From the NCBI GenBank assembly GCA_965235115.1, contig OZ249436.1, positions 44,332,001 through 44,396,000 of the forward strand: a stretch of 64,000 bases of DNA, written 5' to 3'. Position 1 is the stretch's first letter. Each line of letters begins with the position of its first letter. The notes beneath the pieces were generated by a model. The model did not search any database. It was not told where the DNA came from and saw nothing but the letters and a program-made list of their open reading frames with translations. Made by a program: the position numbers and the translations under genes. Source of the DNA: Laetmonice hystrix. Lineage: Eukaryota. Of this stretch, positions 46,257 to 60,862 are shown in pieces.

Positions 46257-48998
46257 AGTTACTCTGTGGTTACTCTGACCTTAGATTCTGAGTACTCTGT
46301 GGTTACTCTGACCTTAGATTCTGAGTACTCTGTGGTTACTCTGACCTTAGATTCTGAGTACTCTGTGGTTACTCCGACCTTAGATTCTGAGTACTCTGTG
46401 GTTACTCTGACCTTAGATTCTGAGTACTCTGTGGTTACTCTGACCTTAGATTCTGAGTACTCTGTGGTTACTCTGACCTTAGATTCTGAGTACTCTGTGG
46501 TTACTCCGACCTTAGATTCTGAGTACTCTGTGGTTACTCTGACCTTAGATTCTGAGTACTCTGGGGTTACTCCGACCTTAGATTCTGAGTACTCTGGGGT
46601 TACTCCGACCTTAGATTCTGAGTACTCTGTGGTTACTCTGACCTTAGATTCTGAGTACTCTGTGGTTACTCTGACCTTAGATTCTGAGTACTCTGGGGTT
46701 ACTCTGACCTTAGATTCTGAGTACTCTGGGGTTACTCCGACCTTAGATTCTGAGTACTCTGTGGTTACTCTGACCTTAGATTCTGAGTACTCTGTGGTTA
46801 CTCTGACCTTAGATTCTGAGTACTCTGGGGTTACTCCGACCTTAGATTCTGAGTACTCTGTGGTTACTCCGACCTTAGATTCTGAGTACTCTGTGGTTAC
46901 TCCGACCTTAGATTCTGAGTACCCTGGTTACTCTGACCTTAGATTCTGAGTACTCTGTGGTTACTCCGACTTTAGATTCTGAGTACTCTGTGGTTACTCC
47001 GACCTTAGATTCTGAGTACTCTGTGGTTACTCCGACCTTGGATTCTGAGTACTCTGTGGTTACTCCGACCTTAGATTCTGAGTACTCTGTGGTTACTCCG
47101 ACCTTAGATTCTGAGTACTCTGTGGTTACTCTGACCTTAGATTCTGAGTACTCTGTGGTTACTCCGACCTTAGATTCTGAGTACTCTGTAGTTACTCTGA
47201 CCTTAGATTCTGAGTACTCTGGGGTTACTCTGACCTTAGATTCTGAGTACTCTGTAGTTACTCTGACCTTAGATTCTGAGTACTCTGTGGTTACTCTGAC
47301 CTTAGATTCTGAGTACTCTGTGGTTACTCTGACCTTAGATTCTGAGTACTCTGTGGTTACTCCGACCTTAGATTCTGAGTACTCTGTGGTTACTCTGACC
47401 TTAGATTCTGAGTACTCTGTGGTTACTCTGACCTTAGATTCTGAGTACTCTGGGGTTACTCCGACCTTAGATTCTGAGTACTCTGTGGTTACTCCGACCT
47501 TAGATTCTGAGTACTCTGTGGTTACTCCGACCTTAGATTCTGAGTACCCTGGTTACTCTGACCTTAGATTCTGAGTACTCTGTGGTTACTCCGACCTTAG
47601 ATTCTGAGTACTCTGTGGTTACTCCGACCTTAGATTCTGAGTACTCTGTGGTTACTCTGACCTTAGATTCTGAGTACTCTGTGGTTACTCTGACCTTAGA
47701 TTCTGAGTACTCTGGGGTTACTCCGACCTTAGATTCTGAGTACTCTGTGGTTACTCCGACCTTAGATTCTGAGTACTCTGTGGTTACTCCGACCTTAGAT
47801 TCTGAGTACCCTGGTTACTCTGACCTTAGATTCTGAGTACTCTGTGGTTACTCCGACATCTATGCTCCGACCTTAGATTCTGAGTACTCTGTGGTTACTC
47901 TGACCTTAGATTCTGAGTACTCTGTGGTTACTCCGACTTTAGATTCTGAGTACTCTGTGGTTACTCCGACCTTAGATTCTGAGTACTCTGTGGTTACTCT
48001 GACATCTATGCTCCGACCTTAGATTCTGAGTACCCTGGTTACTCTGACCTTAGATTCTGAGTACTCTGTGGTTACTCCGACCTTAGATTCTGAGTACTCT
48101 GTGGTTACTCCGACCTTAGATTCTGAGTACCCTGGTTACTCTGACCTTAGATTCTGAGTACTCTGTGGTTACTCCGACTTTAGATTCTGAGTACTCTGTG
48201 GTTACTCCGACCTTGGATTCTGAGTACTCTGTGGTTACTCCGACTTTAGATTCTGAGTACTCTGTGGTTACTCCGACCTTAGATTCTGAGTACCCTGGTT
48301 ACTCTGACCTTAGATTCTGAGTACTCTGTGGTTACTCCGACATCTATGCTCCGACCTTAGATTCTGAGTACTCTGTGGTTACTCTGACCTTAGATTCTGA
48401 GTACTCTGTGGTTACTCTGACCTTAGATTCTGAGTACTCTGTGGTTACTCTGACCTTAGATTCTGAGTACTCTGTGGTTACTCCGACTTTAGATTCTGAG
48501 TACTCTGTGGTTACTCTGACCTTAGATTCTGAGTACTCTGTGGTTACTCCGACATCTATGCTCCGACCTTAGATTCTGAGTACTCTGTGGTTACTCTGAC
48601 CTTAGATTCTGAGTACTCTGTGGTTACTCCGACATCTATGCTCCGACCTTAGATTCTGAGTACTCTGTGGTTACTCTGACCTTAGATTCTGAGTACTCTG
48701 TGGTTACTCCGACTTTAGATTCTGAGTACTCTGTGGTTACTCCGACCTTAGATTCTGAGTACTCTGTGGTTACTCCGACATCTATGCTCCGACCTTAGAT
48801 TCTGAGTACTCTGTGGTTACTCTGACCTTAGATTCTGAGTACCCTGGTTACTCTGACCTTAGATTCTGAGTACTCTGTGGTTACTCCGACCTTAGATTCT
48901 GAGTACCCTGGTTACTCTGACCTTAGATTCTGAGTACCCTGGTTACTCTGACCTTAGATTCTGAGTACTCTGTAGTTACTCTGACCTTGGATTCTGAG
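46257..48998. repeat. 33-bp minisatellite, ~80 copies, with 31-bp and 47-bp variants
   Basis: ctctgtggttactc(t/c)gaccttagattctgagta. Confidence 0.98.
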
Positions 48999-49583
48999 GA
49001 GGCCCTAATCCCTTTAACCCTGAAGCATTATTTATCATATGACTATATACCTTGCCTTTTTTCTGGTCATCAAATTAAGCTTAATGATCTAGCCGGCCAA
49101 TCGGTGTATTTTACTACCAACTACTACCAAGGGGTAATCTAACTTCTGTTTCAAATATCTGTTTGGTTTGGACATGTGCATCACTATACCGCTTATAAAC
49201 GAGCCCCAAATATCGCTATGGATATGGTAGAATTTTAATGATTATTTATAATGAAACCTATTCCTAGATCAATGACCTACTACCTCACGTAAAGTGCCAC
49301 ATGTAGTTCTGCATGTAGTGATCGTCCCGTATAGATCCGATGTAGCCCATTGAGTTGTCAATTATCTTTAAGTTCGACATGAATGATTGCACTAGGATAA
49401 TTATGACCAGGTAAGCGCTGTGCGTTATACCACAATATAAATTATGGCAGTTTAATGATGTTTGACCTTGAGCCTCGCTTTGAAACATTAATGTTAATGG
49501 AACCATCAAACTGCGACCCACACGCAATCCGTAATATTCTCTTTCCATGGCTCAGATGAAAACAGTCGGCGTATCTGGAACTT

Positions 49584-49640
49584 CGCCTGGCGCCTGGCGC
49601 CTGGTGCCTGATGCCTGGCGCCTGGCGCCTGGCGCCTGGC
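49584..49640. repeat. 7-bp repeat (gcctggc), 8 copies
   Basis: Direct reading. Confidence 0.9.
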
Positions 49641-52600
49641 ACGGGTCGGTACCCCCTGCCCGCCTCGCACTCGTACGACGTCGTCTCCACCCGTCAATGA
49701 CGTTCTTACAAATGAATGCAAACATGACGCCGCGTCTGACGGGCGTTCTTCTCACGTCGTGACGTCATGTCCTGCCCGACGACATACGTGCTCAACCCCA
49801 GGACAGAATCATTAACAACATGCATCATGATAAACACGCTCGCGTTAATGACTGAATGGCCAACGTACCCCACCCTCTCCAGCAAGGAATATATTATAGT
49901 TAGAAAACTACAGAGTCTACAGGCAGCCCATGTTTACAAACAACACACAATGAGGTAGGGTAGGCCTATACCTGGTGTCCACATCTAGGTCGCTTTAATG
50001 AGAATGCTGGAGTAGTGAGGAGTTATGAATGGGGTCCGTCACCGGAAGTTTCGATTCGGACAAGCATTTAACTTTCTAGATCTATAGGGCAATGTATATA
50101 GTATACTTAAGGGCGGGCTTAGCATTTCCAAAAGGGGGGAGGGCATAAAAATCGAAGAGAAATAAATGTGAGGGTGTGGTGGTGATTGCCCGGACTTTTA
50201 CGTGGAGTGAGGGATGGGATTAGCAGGCCTGGATTAGGCCTATAGTAACGATAAATCATGCAGGTATAATAGAAGATAGGAAACACAATAACGTTTTGTA
50301 TCTTATTCATTTCTATATTCAACTCATGTAATATACATGTTTTTAATTTACATGAACACATGCAAATGTCCATCGGTATGTTGTACATTTTTCATCATCA
50401 CAGACTAAGTTTGTTCATACAAATAAATGCATTTGATATCAATACATATATATCCCCCCATTCCCGTCGCCAAATATCACCTTCTGTGAACAGGCGTACA
50501 AAAAATATATTGCAGTCGTGTAGAAAGTGAAGATGTCAACTGCCTAGGCCAACAAACTGAAAGACTGCGACTTTACCAGAACACTTAACCGACCTGTTTT
50601 TCAATAACTTCTCCTATCTATACGGCTGACTATTGGTAACGGGTTCCGTACGCTGTTGGTTCTCCAGGGCGTCATCAATATAAATACAAATATAAATCAT
50701 GTCAATATGTCAATTTAGCGCCGACTTCACATTATGCCAAATGGTATGTGAGCACGAACTGAGTGTTTACCATTGGAGGCCTTCCCTGGGAAGGTTGTTT
50801 GGATCGGTCCCCAGGCACCATGTCTGAGGTCCACCCGTCTCGGCCGGACCCGGGCCGCCGCCGCCGCCTGGCCCGCCGGCCAACTCCCTGCTCAGCGCCG
50901 GCTTTGTTAAACTCTAGTCGGTCTCCACCCGACCACCGCCAAGCCAATACGACACCTCTTAATCGACGTGACCTTGGCGGGTATATCATTCACTCGCCTG
51001 CTCTCAGGTCATCGGACATGTAAAGGATTTCTCTGTAGACGAGGTAAGCCTAGACCTACCAGCTACAACACTTCATGAGCCAGCCGTTAGGTGGCGTATG
51101 TCTGATAATAAACACGGGCTGATCGAGGCCTTTGACAAGTCATTACACCTAACATTTCATGACATGATACAAATATCCACCTTCTTGTTTTTATGACTAA
51201 TGACTTTACAAGGTAGTCATGTCATGCACTTTAGCATTGCTTGGTCATGTATATAGATATCACTGATGCTAACATGATATGTAGGCGTCTGGAGCCACAC
51301 ATTATAGAGGTCTATTATACACGTGAGACGAGGACAATGCTGCAAAACGTGCATAAACTTGGATATTTCTATAAATGTAATGGGAAGGCGACTTAGCAGA
51401 TTTATGGTAATTCCAGTCAGATGCCAGGAGGTCATTTCACGAAGAAATGGTGATGGAAGTAAGCTCCACTTTAAGTGAAAAGACAGAACTTCCTAGTATC
51501 AAATTTAGGACTTCCTAGTGTCAAGTGTTTAGGACGTCACCGCAGAATACAGGCAGGCATATACTGACACCAATACAATGGATTCCTAACAATGCCATGT
51601 AACATTTGTAACACTTTGTCGAACTGAAAAATGCACAACACTAAACACTGTCAGTACAGTCACGTTCCACAACCTACCATCCGTATGTACAGAAACTGAT
51701 ATAAATAATACTTATACAAACTGATATAATAAATACGATAGCATATAGATACACTTGAATATGTACAGTTAATCATTTACAATGAGACTTAGTATCCACT
51801 ATACATCCTTCAGCTTGTCTTGTCCTTACAGCTGCTAATGTCACTAGATGTGTGCCATATCGACGTCTCTGTCCCGCGGGAGAATCCCTTAAAGAGGTTG
51901 AGAATTACGTGGCTTACATACATGTGGAAGACTCACATTTAAAAGGCTCTGTCCCTTGATCGCAGAGAAATCTTGAAGTGGTATTCAGACAGAGAGAAAC
52001 ATTGCAAATGTTGATATAAAGCACGAATGTCTGCCTTTGTGGCTTTAGTCTTTTCTCGCGAGTCGTGGCGCGTAAGGTCAAGTCGTCTTCAGGTCACGTG
52101 TGACGGCCAGCTCCGCGGAGCGCGCACGGTCAGTAAACAAAACCATGCAGTTTGAAACCATCACACCTCGTCCCAAGTCGCCGACTTCACACAGGCTGAG
52201 GGGTGGACCATGGCTGGTTTAACATCAAACCTGTGTACAATGACGTCTTAGAGTTCACAATGGACAATTCATCTCTCGTTACGTAATCAGAGTTCTTTCA
52301 CAGAGTGATTGTTGTCTATCATGCTGCGACACGTGCTGAGGTGGTCATTCCCAGTCGGGGGGGGGGGGGACCCACACTACCGCCCCCTCGCGGAGACACC
52401 AGAAAACACTGGTTTCACATCAACCCTGTCATAAACTATTTTTTATAACAACAACGTTGGTGGCACGTTTTTCGGAATATGAATTCCGCCATTGAAACTT
52501 GCAAGTTGTCCGCCACTATCATTATTTAGCCTATCAAAGTTTGGCATGGATCATTGATAAAACAATTCCTTTAGGCCTACACTCAGAGCTCCTGTTCCCC

Positions 52601-52750
52601 ACGAACCACAGTGGTAGGCCACACTGATACACTTATAGCCACCAAGAGATTGGTGTCTGCTTGCCACCACCAATGGTGCCTACTTCCTTGTGTGCATGCT
52701 ATTGGCAGAGTTTTTGTCCTTTGCGCACGTGGCGTACGCATCGCCTGCTG

Positions 52751-53539
52751 CTAGCAGGAGCACGTGCACCGTGTGATGATGGGGTACTTGATAGAGATCC
52801 ACCTGCACGTTTTGTGACGTCGTTTCGGGCAGTGCCACCAGAGGACTGTCTTGGTGTCAGACTGGATGGCCTTACACGACATACCGACAGGGATGGAGCA
52901 GGACCGGCCGTTATAACACTTGCCCTCACGGATCCAGCGTGGCCAGAATCGAGGTCCGAGGTCCTTCCACTGGTAGTGGACCGGGCACTGGCTGTACAGG
53001 GATAGGAAGCGGAGAACTCGCTTACGGGCCTTCCTGCTCTTCAGTTTGAGTCGGCGACGACGTCCGGACATGTTGAGGTCAAACTCTTTGAGGTCCTTGG
53101 GAAGGTTGTGGAGTTTACTGGCTAGCTTCAGGTCGTAGGACAACGTACCGTTTGGTTCCTGGATGCTCTCTAGGGGGCGCACCGATGACATGAAGGCTGG
53201 GTCGTAGTCAGGGCCGAGTAGTTTGCGCAGCTTGTGTGGGCTGAGGTCGGCGTCGGTTGGCAGGAGCTGGTTGTCGAACGGGAAGTTGGGTGGTTCCACG
53301 GGAAGGTCGTCCGAGGGAGAGGGGCGCATCTGGGCGGAGAATCGTCCCGGTTTGATGTACTGGTCATCGTCGTCCGATCTCAGTGTGAGGTGTGCCGGGA
53401 GGATAGCGTAGGCGTTGGCCGGGGTGAGCAAGATGAGCTGAGCCATCACGACCTGCGCTACGACATACTGCAGCGTCCGCCGTGACGTCATACAATCACT
53501 GCCACCACCAGAGGGCGTGGTACCGGAAGGAAGACGCAT
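52751..53539 (-). CDS. nog: Noggin (secreted BMP antagonist), 262 aa, uninterrupted coding region
   Basis: Hydrophobic signal-like segment, clip motif MRPSPSDDLP, LLGPDYDPAFMS, basic heparin-binding-like stretch, CPVHYQWKDLGPRFWPRWI, SCSIPVGMSCK, 9 C-terminal Cys ending CTCSC-stop. ATG directly follows a TTCTTCCAG acceptor; alternative start at 53491. Confidence 0.97.
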   Translation of the reverse strand: MRLPSGTTPSGGGSDCMTSRRTLQYVVAQVVMAQLILLTPANAYAILPAHLTLRSDDDDQYIKPGRFSAQMRPSPSDDLPVEPPNFPFDNQLLPTDADLSPHKLRKLLGPDYDPAFMSSVRPLESIQEPNGTLSYDLKLASKLHNLPKDLKEFDLNMSGRRRRLKLKSRKARKRVLRFLSLYSQCPVHYQWKDLGPRFWPRWIREGKCYNGRSCSIPVGMSCKAIQSDTKTVLWWHCPKRRHKTCRWISIKYPIITRCTCSC

Positions 53540-54242
53540 CTGGAAGAAGGAAGGGTACATAATGTTAAACATGCCGGCGTTTACAACCATAACGTCGTGT
53601 AACATGAATGATGATGTATGTCCTCAATGAACTGTATGCCAGGGGTATGCCTGAACCGTACAGATTGAATACAGAATGATGAGGGCGTGCCAAACGATGC
53701 TAACCCTCACGTGCCATACGTGCCTGACGTCAAGGTTTGGACAGTTTGGATTTCCGGCGTCTACTGTCATTTCCGGTCTCCAAACAATGAAAACTGCGAA
53801 CTGTTTTATATTTACATTGGCACGACGAAACAGTGCAGCATAACTAACAAACAGAATAAAGGTTGCTTTAGACCATAGTCTGGAGTGTCAAACAGTAAGA
53901 CCACTATCAGTTGTATCTCGCGATACTGTCTTCAAAACGTTCATTTATTTATTTACTCGTAAAAGGATGTTCTGTTTACCTTATTACCTCATGTAAAATA
54001 CTTTGTTAGACACGGTTAACTTACATAGCCTGACTGCCTCATTCATAAACCAGCGTTACTTTTTTACACATCAATCTCTACACACACACCGCCCGAGACA
54101 GGTCCCTGCGAATACCCATAATTATTATCACCAGAGGCAGATCCAGGAATTCTGGAAGGTGGGAGGGGGGGTTGACTTAACTCCGCCTATGTACATGCAT
54201 CATAAAACTGAATCAACTGAAACTACTACGACAATGATGGCC

Positions 54243-54629
54243 GAGTACGACAAAGTGAGATGGCCATGTGTGAGTACGTCAAAGTGAGATGACCGTCTGT
54301 GAGTACGACAAAGTGAGATGGCCGTCTGTGAGTACGACAAATGGAGATGTCCGTCTGTGAGTACGACAAAGTGAGATGACCGTCTGTGAGTACGACAAAG
54401 TGAGATGGCCATGTGTGAGTACGACAAAGTGAGATGGCCGTGTGAGTCCGACAAAGTGACATGACCGTCTGTGAGTACGACAATGATGTCCGTCTGTGAG
54501 TACGACAAAGTGAGATGTCCGTCTGTGAGTACGACAATGATGTCCGTCTGTGAGTACGACAACGTGAGATGGCCGTGTGTGAGTACGACAAAGTGACATG
54601 ATCATCTGTGAGTACGACAACGTGAGATG
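54243..54629. repeat. ~29-bp minisatellite, ~13 copies
   Basis: gagtacgacaaagtgagatggccgtctgt. Confidence 0.93.
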
Positions 54630-56318
54630 GTAGAGACGGAATGTCGCTACCCGGAACGCCACCTGTCACACGTACCGTTACTAATCCAGCGTTCGGGGAA
54701 ACGTAACTTACGTCGTATCCGCCTCTGCGGGTCCGTATCCCAAGGTGAGAATGATTGAAAACGGCAACATCCCGCCGGCCTCGTAAGTGGCCACCGAGGT
54801 GTTTGGGGGTGGGGGTGGGGGTGGGGGAGGGGAGGGGGTGATTGGGAGCTATGATAGGGGTACCAGTGGGAGGGGGTATACCAGACCGCTAACTGTCGGC
54901 AGAACGCCCAGGTCGCCACCAGGGGAAGGGACAATATACCGTTAGCACGTGCCAACTCTTGACACAACTCAACAAACTGTTGATGTCGTTACCAGTTGTT
55001 TGCTGCCACGTTATCACTGAGGGCCTGGGTCACTGACCTAACTGCCGTACTTTACGGGAGGGCGGGGAAGATATTAATTAAAAAAACACAGTCGGAAGAC
55101 CGTAAAAATCCCAATAGGCCTACTATATTTCACAACAGGAACCCTTACCAGATGGGGAACTTTTAATGTAATTTCTTATATACCATTACTACGCGTAATT
55201 GCGAGAGCCTGTATGCCTATACCTATAACTTCCCCCCCCCCCAAAAAAAACCTCCCTACTGAATTCATAGTACATACACCGAAAGACATGTATTGTACGT
55301 AGAAATCCTCCTAATACCCCCTCCTCCCCCCCCCCCCCAATCTACATCAAAGGACAATCTACATACACGACCCCCAGCAGTCAACACATCGAGTCTATGT
55401 TAACTATAGCACTGCGTAAATTTTACCGCAATCCCGAAAACCTTCTTGAAACACTCTTTTCTTTTGTGTGGCAAACAACATAGCTACGCCAACATGTGGT
55501 GAATGTAGTGTAAAAGATGGAGAAACGTACATGTACCAACAACAGGTAGGTCCTAATTAATACAGGTAGGACTCGGAGCACGCGACCAGCCATCTCTAAA
55601 CAACGCTCGCGTGCAGAGCTCAGAGCCCCCTATCGGTCAGTGTGGATAGTACATAAAAAATACTACATAATCTTCCTGATATCGCCCTCACGCACTGATT
55701 CAAGTTTTTCGCCTTTATAGCAACTAAGTGAAATGGGACACGGAAAATGATACCACAAAAATGTACGTACAAAGATAGATTAGCCCCCCCCCCTCCCCAA
55801 CTTAATTAGGAATTGTGAGACAGAGGAACGATTGTACACGAAATGAGGCATGCCGGGATATCCGTAGTCGGGCCCCAGGTAACAATTTCCTAGTTCCTCT
55901 AAATTCTTTCTGGTAGTCACGCTGCATGCACTAATTATGTCAGGGGGTAAAATTGTACCCAAACTCATTTCATTATTGCCTTGTATAAAGTTACGGATAC
56001 AACACAAGCGGATCGGGGGGCAGGGGCTCCCTATCCTGTCTTTTTCCCTTTTTGTCGTACCCATCCCCCTAAAATCGCTGGACCTACCCCTGTTGCATCG
56101 ACTCTAGTGGAAATGACAGAAATGATGCTGGTCTAGGACTACTGAATCAAACTGGTGTCAATTGTTTCCATAGAATCACGGCTCATACAAATTAACTATA
56201 TACGCCTTATCCCCGCGGTTCTACAGCACCTGTAATCTGGATACGATATCGGAATACCAAGTCAAGATGTTATTCGTAAAGACTCCGTATAAATCATAGA
56301 ATATTCCCTATCCTATTA

Positions 56319-57397
56319 CAGACACTGTGGGTTCCTTGAAGTCACTGTGTTCAGACACTGTGAGTTCCCTGAACACAGTGCGTTCAGACACTGTGAGTTC
56401 CCTGAACAGTGCGTTCAGTCACTGTGATTTCCCTCAACACAGTGCGTTCAGACACTGTGAGTTCCCTGAACACAGTGCGTTCAGACACTGTGAGTTCCCT
56501 GAACAGTGCGTTCAGTCACTGTGATTTCCCTCAACACAGTGCGTTCAGACACTGATTTCCCTGAACACAGTGCGTTCAGACACTGTGAGTTCCCTGAACA
56601 GTGTGTTCAGACACTGACTTACCTGAACACAGTGCGTTCAGACACTGTTAGTTCCCTGAACACAGTGCGTTCAGTCACTGTGAGTTCCCTGAACACAGTG
56701 CGTTCAGACACTGTGAGTTCACTGAACACAGTGCGTTCAGATACTGAGTTCCCTGAACACAGTGCGTTCAGACACTGTGAGTTCCCTGAACACAGTGCGT
56801 TCAGTCACTGTGATTTCCCTGAACACAGTGCGTTCAGACACTGTGAGTTCCCTGAACACAGTGCGTTCAGACACTGTGAGTTCCCTGAACACAGTGCGTT
56901 CAGACACTGTGAGTTCCCTGAACACAGTGCGTTCAGTCACTGTGAGTTCCCTGAACACAGTGCGTTCAGACACTGTGAGTTCCCTGAACACAGTGCGTTC
57001 AGACACTGTGAGTTCCCTGAACACAGTGCGTTCAGTCACTGTGAGTTCCCTGAACACAGTGCGTTCAGACACTGTGAGTTCCCTGAACACAGTGCGTTCA
57101 GACACTGTGAGTTCCCTGAACACAGTGCGTTCAGACACTGATTTCCCTGAACACAGTGCGTTCAGACACTGTGAGTTCCCTGAACAGTGTGTTCAGACAC
57201 TGACTTCCCTGAACACAGTGCGTTCAGACACTGTGATTTCCCTGAACACAGTGCGTTCAGACACTGTGAGTTCCCTGAACACAGTGCGTTCAGACACTGT
57301 GAGTTCCCTGAACACAGTGCGTTCAGACACTGTGATTTCCCTGAACACAGTGCGTTCAGACACTGTGAGTTCCCTGAACACAGTGCGTTCAGACACT
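56319..57397. repeat. 33-bp self-complementary minisatellite, ~33 copies
   Basis: cagacactgtgagttccctgaacacagtgcgtt. Confidence 0.97.
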
Positions 57398-60300
57398 AAC
57401 CCCAGCGATAAGAGAACCCCGAGTTGGAACCTACCGATTGCCCAGTCGCCATCAGTGGGGCCTCCCGTGATGGCGTGGAGCCACGAACCAGCATGTAGCA
57501 AACCTCCTCCGCTAGGTTGGACAGTTCTAGCTGACGATATCTCAACCGGCCTTCTGTGACAACTCAGACTTTCCGCCGATATTAGATAAATTGTAACTGA
57601 CGCCAGGTTATAATTGAAATTTCACATACACCATGTATAACCATCCATGTGGTTGGTAAAAGTATGGGTGCGCAGGGAGGTCTCTATATACCAAAATCTC
57701 CCTTTGGTAGAAGATCCTTGTATTCAGCCTATAGGCCTACAGCCATCGGTACTCCTAGTCTGAAGGTAAATCCTGTAGCTTGAATCATATAGAGTATAGA
57801 CTGCTGTCTGTGTGGGTTGTAGTCTGCAGGTCTAAAGTAAATCCAAAGTTCTGTACATCACGATTCAAACTTCACGTGTGTTGGAATCCGGCGCGCAGAG
57901 CGTACATGTACTGTGTGGATTGTGCACTGATTTGTAGAAGGAAACTCGCAACGATTCCCAGCATGCCTGTCCTGTAGCACTTCGTTCAAATAATTAGCCA
58001 CAAAAACGTCATTGTGCGTCCGATGACAGTCTGTGTCCAGTTTTTAAGAAACACTGGTAAGTTGTAACTCCATGACGGTATCGACAGCATTGAGCACCGA
58101 AAACCTTGAAGAAAACTGGAGTGTGAAGTTTTACACTATGAATTGCTGCGGTCAGATTGCGTGCATGTAGATCTTCATACACATTGCACAGTGCGAGCAG
58201 CCTGATCGAATGAAGGACTACGACATGGCCACAGATTAATCACTACACCACATCCCTACACCTACTTCACACGCGCATGGGGAGCGTAACGTCTCGGTTG
58301 GTGAAACCTGATTGGTTGCTACTGAAAAAAGGCGCTGTCGTCACAATGCCAACAGCAGACGACATTTCGTCCACGTGCTCTGTCATCCCAACGCCCAATG
58401 GGGGGCCGGCGATGAAAACGTAGGGAGGGAATATTTTATTGTGGATAATGAAGACAGTCTGTCTACCTAGTTACAAACGCAGGTAATCTCAAGGTGGAAT
58501 GCATGTTAAATAAAAGGTATACAATAGATGTACAGCTTGAATGACTTTGTGAGAGCGTTCGCGTTAAGTGACGGCATTAGGCAGACGAGAGGGAGCTCCT
58601 TATGCCTTTAAGATAGCCTTCTGTCGGCCCCGCGCTGAAAGGACAGTGGCCTTGGCAGACTGCTGGAGCCAACAGGCCCATTAATAACATCTTAACGCAG
58701 ATCTTGTAGCGGAATCATTTGTACCAAGTTTACAACTATTTGGGAGCCTAAATGGAAGTCCGCGCCACCCAGCTGACAAGCAATAAGCAGCCGACATGTG
58801 AAAATAAGCAATAAAACTATGCTCAGCCACCACGGTCTGCATGGTCTGGGCCCCAGACCGCCTTCTCCCGGCCTCCCTGCCCCCGACCCGGGCCCCTGCT
58901 TCCGGCCTCCGTGTCCCCATACCAGGCCCCCACTCCCGGCGGAGATCCCGCAGACCCCGTGCGGCCTGGGCCGTCCAGCCCACGGCCTCGCACTCAGTCC
59001 ACGGCCGGACGGCATTTTGTTAGAGCGTCCTTCAGTTCGGGTTCATCGCTTACCCCGGCGCCGACAGCCTGCGACAAGAGGCCAAAGTAAAGCTTCTACC
59101 GCTGTTGAACACTCCACGACGGCGTCTTGCTGGCGGAGGCCACCTCGGTCCTTTCTACCGACGCACAAAGAAACCTCAGTCGCCTATTTTCCGGCCTTTT
59201 AGGACCAGAAGAATCGCGTTGAGAAGATGTGTTTGCTTTAGAGGTGATGAGTTGCACTGGTTAACGTGAGTGCCGACTGGTCTCGAGGCCCGGCCAACTC
59301 TCACACTCCCCAATCACCCTTCAGTCTTGGTCTTTTCTCAACACCAACGCCTCCCAAAGAAATATTGTATCGAGCTCAACTGATGTTTACAAAGGCTACC
59401 TCTTACCGGGCTGCCCCTCATGTTCAACCCAGACTTAGGGTAGAGTACGAGAGAAAGGCGCAAGTGAAAAGCTAACAGCAATAAAATTCGACTCAAGGTA
59501 CTTGAAGTCAGGCGGATGATGACTGTGTATGGTCTCTGCTATAGTGAGTAAGAAAACCGGTAGACGGCACTTTCAAATGATCTCTGTGAGAGGGCGGCCA
59601 CTTGTCTGACTAGGGCCCCATGCCGCCGACAAAACTTGACGGTTTGCCGGGTTTGTGGGCCATGGCGCCCGGGGAAGACAAGGCCCTCTTAGCGGTCTGT
59701 CTCTCGGCATGCCCGACGACAGTGAATTGTTAAGGTGGCATGGCGACTGACATGATCCAAACATAGGAGCCTGGTGTGAAGATCCACGACCAATTACTCC
59801 CAGATGACACATATCACTCGGCCCAGGGGCGCAGGGATCAACAGGCCCGTATTGTGGAGCACATTCCTCTTCCTAATGATATAGCATTACACAAGCCTAG
59901 AATCAGGCGCATGAAAGAGACTGCCACGGGAAATATAAGGGATGGATATTGCTCAGTCAAGTGGCCAGTAGCCGTTGTTAGTCAGGTAGTTATTTTCCAA
60001 TTCTTCAACCCGAATGAGAAATAAAAATCCCCTCTCGGTCATATATACATTTGAGTTCCCTTTTTTCCCAGCAGTTGAGAGCATATATAAGCTGTCAATC
60101 GATAGGACTAACGAGTTAGTGAAAGGGCTGTATGCCGGTATGATAGGCGCCTGACGCCAGGAGTCTGGCGCCTGTCAGAATCGACTGGTGTACATCAGGC
60201 ACTCAGCGTGACCAGTAGAGTAGAGTTTGTAAATGGCATGTCAGATTACTTCAGCACATTGAAGCAGTTTGTCTCCATCTACCAGCCGACTCGCTGGCGA

Positions 60301-60862
60301 CAATAACCTTTTATAGAAAGCTTTGCTCTCTGCTCCATATAAATCGTACCGGCGAAAACACGGTCAAATCTTGTGTTATATTTAACCGCAGGGCCCGAGT
60401 AAATCAGAGTTGTTGATGTAACAGAAGAAACTAAACACATGTCATGGTACATGGAGCAAGAATTATGATCCCTAACTCGTGTCTACAATCGTTTAACCGG
60501 AGGCCGAGTCAGACCAATATCAAACTGCGCAAAACATGAGTATGGCAATCTAATTACCATTAACAATAATTATTAAATTTGGAAGATGGTAAGAACATCT
60601 CTTCATATTCGTCACCGGTAACGACATAAACAGTTATGAAAAACACACGTGAATTCAACTGCTAAACGGCGATAGCCCATTCTTCACACTCATGAAAAAC
60701 ACACGTGAATCCAAATGCTAAACGGCAATTCTTCAACTCTCTAGCAGGGAAATTAGCAAAACATTCTGAGGAACTAATAGTTCCAAACCTGTTTTACAAC
60801 CAAAACATTTATTATTATATCACTCACAGAAAAGTGGGGAAGGTGGGGAAAGTTTGGGGCGA

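Noticed and set aside
46266..48572. VVTLTLDSEYS repeat ORFs
   Set aside because: 33-bp satellite with frame-breaking 31- and 47-bp variants; no start or splice context.
53540..53605. N-terminal extension of the noggin ORF in the track
   Set aside because: Ends in a pyrimidine tract plus CAG, so probably intron sequence.
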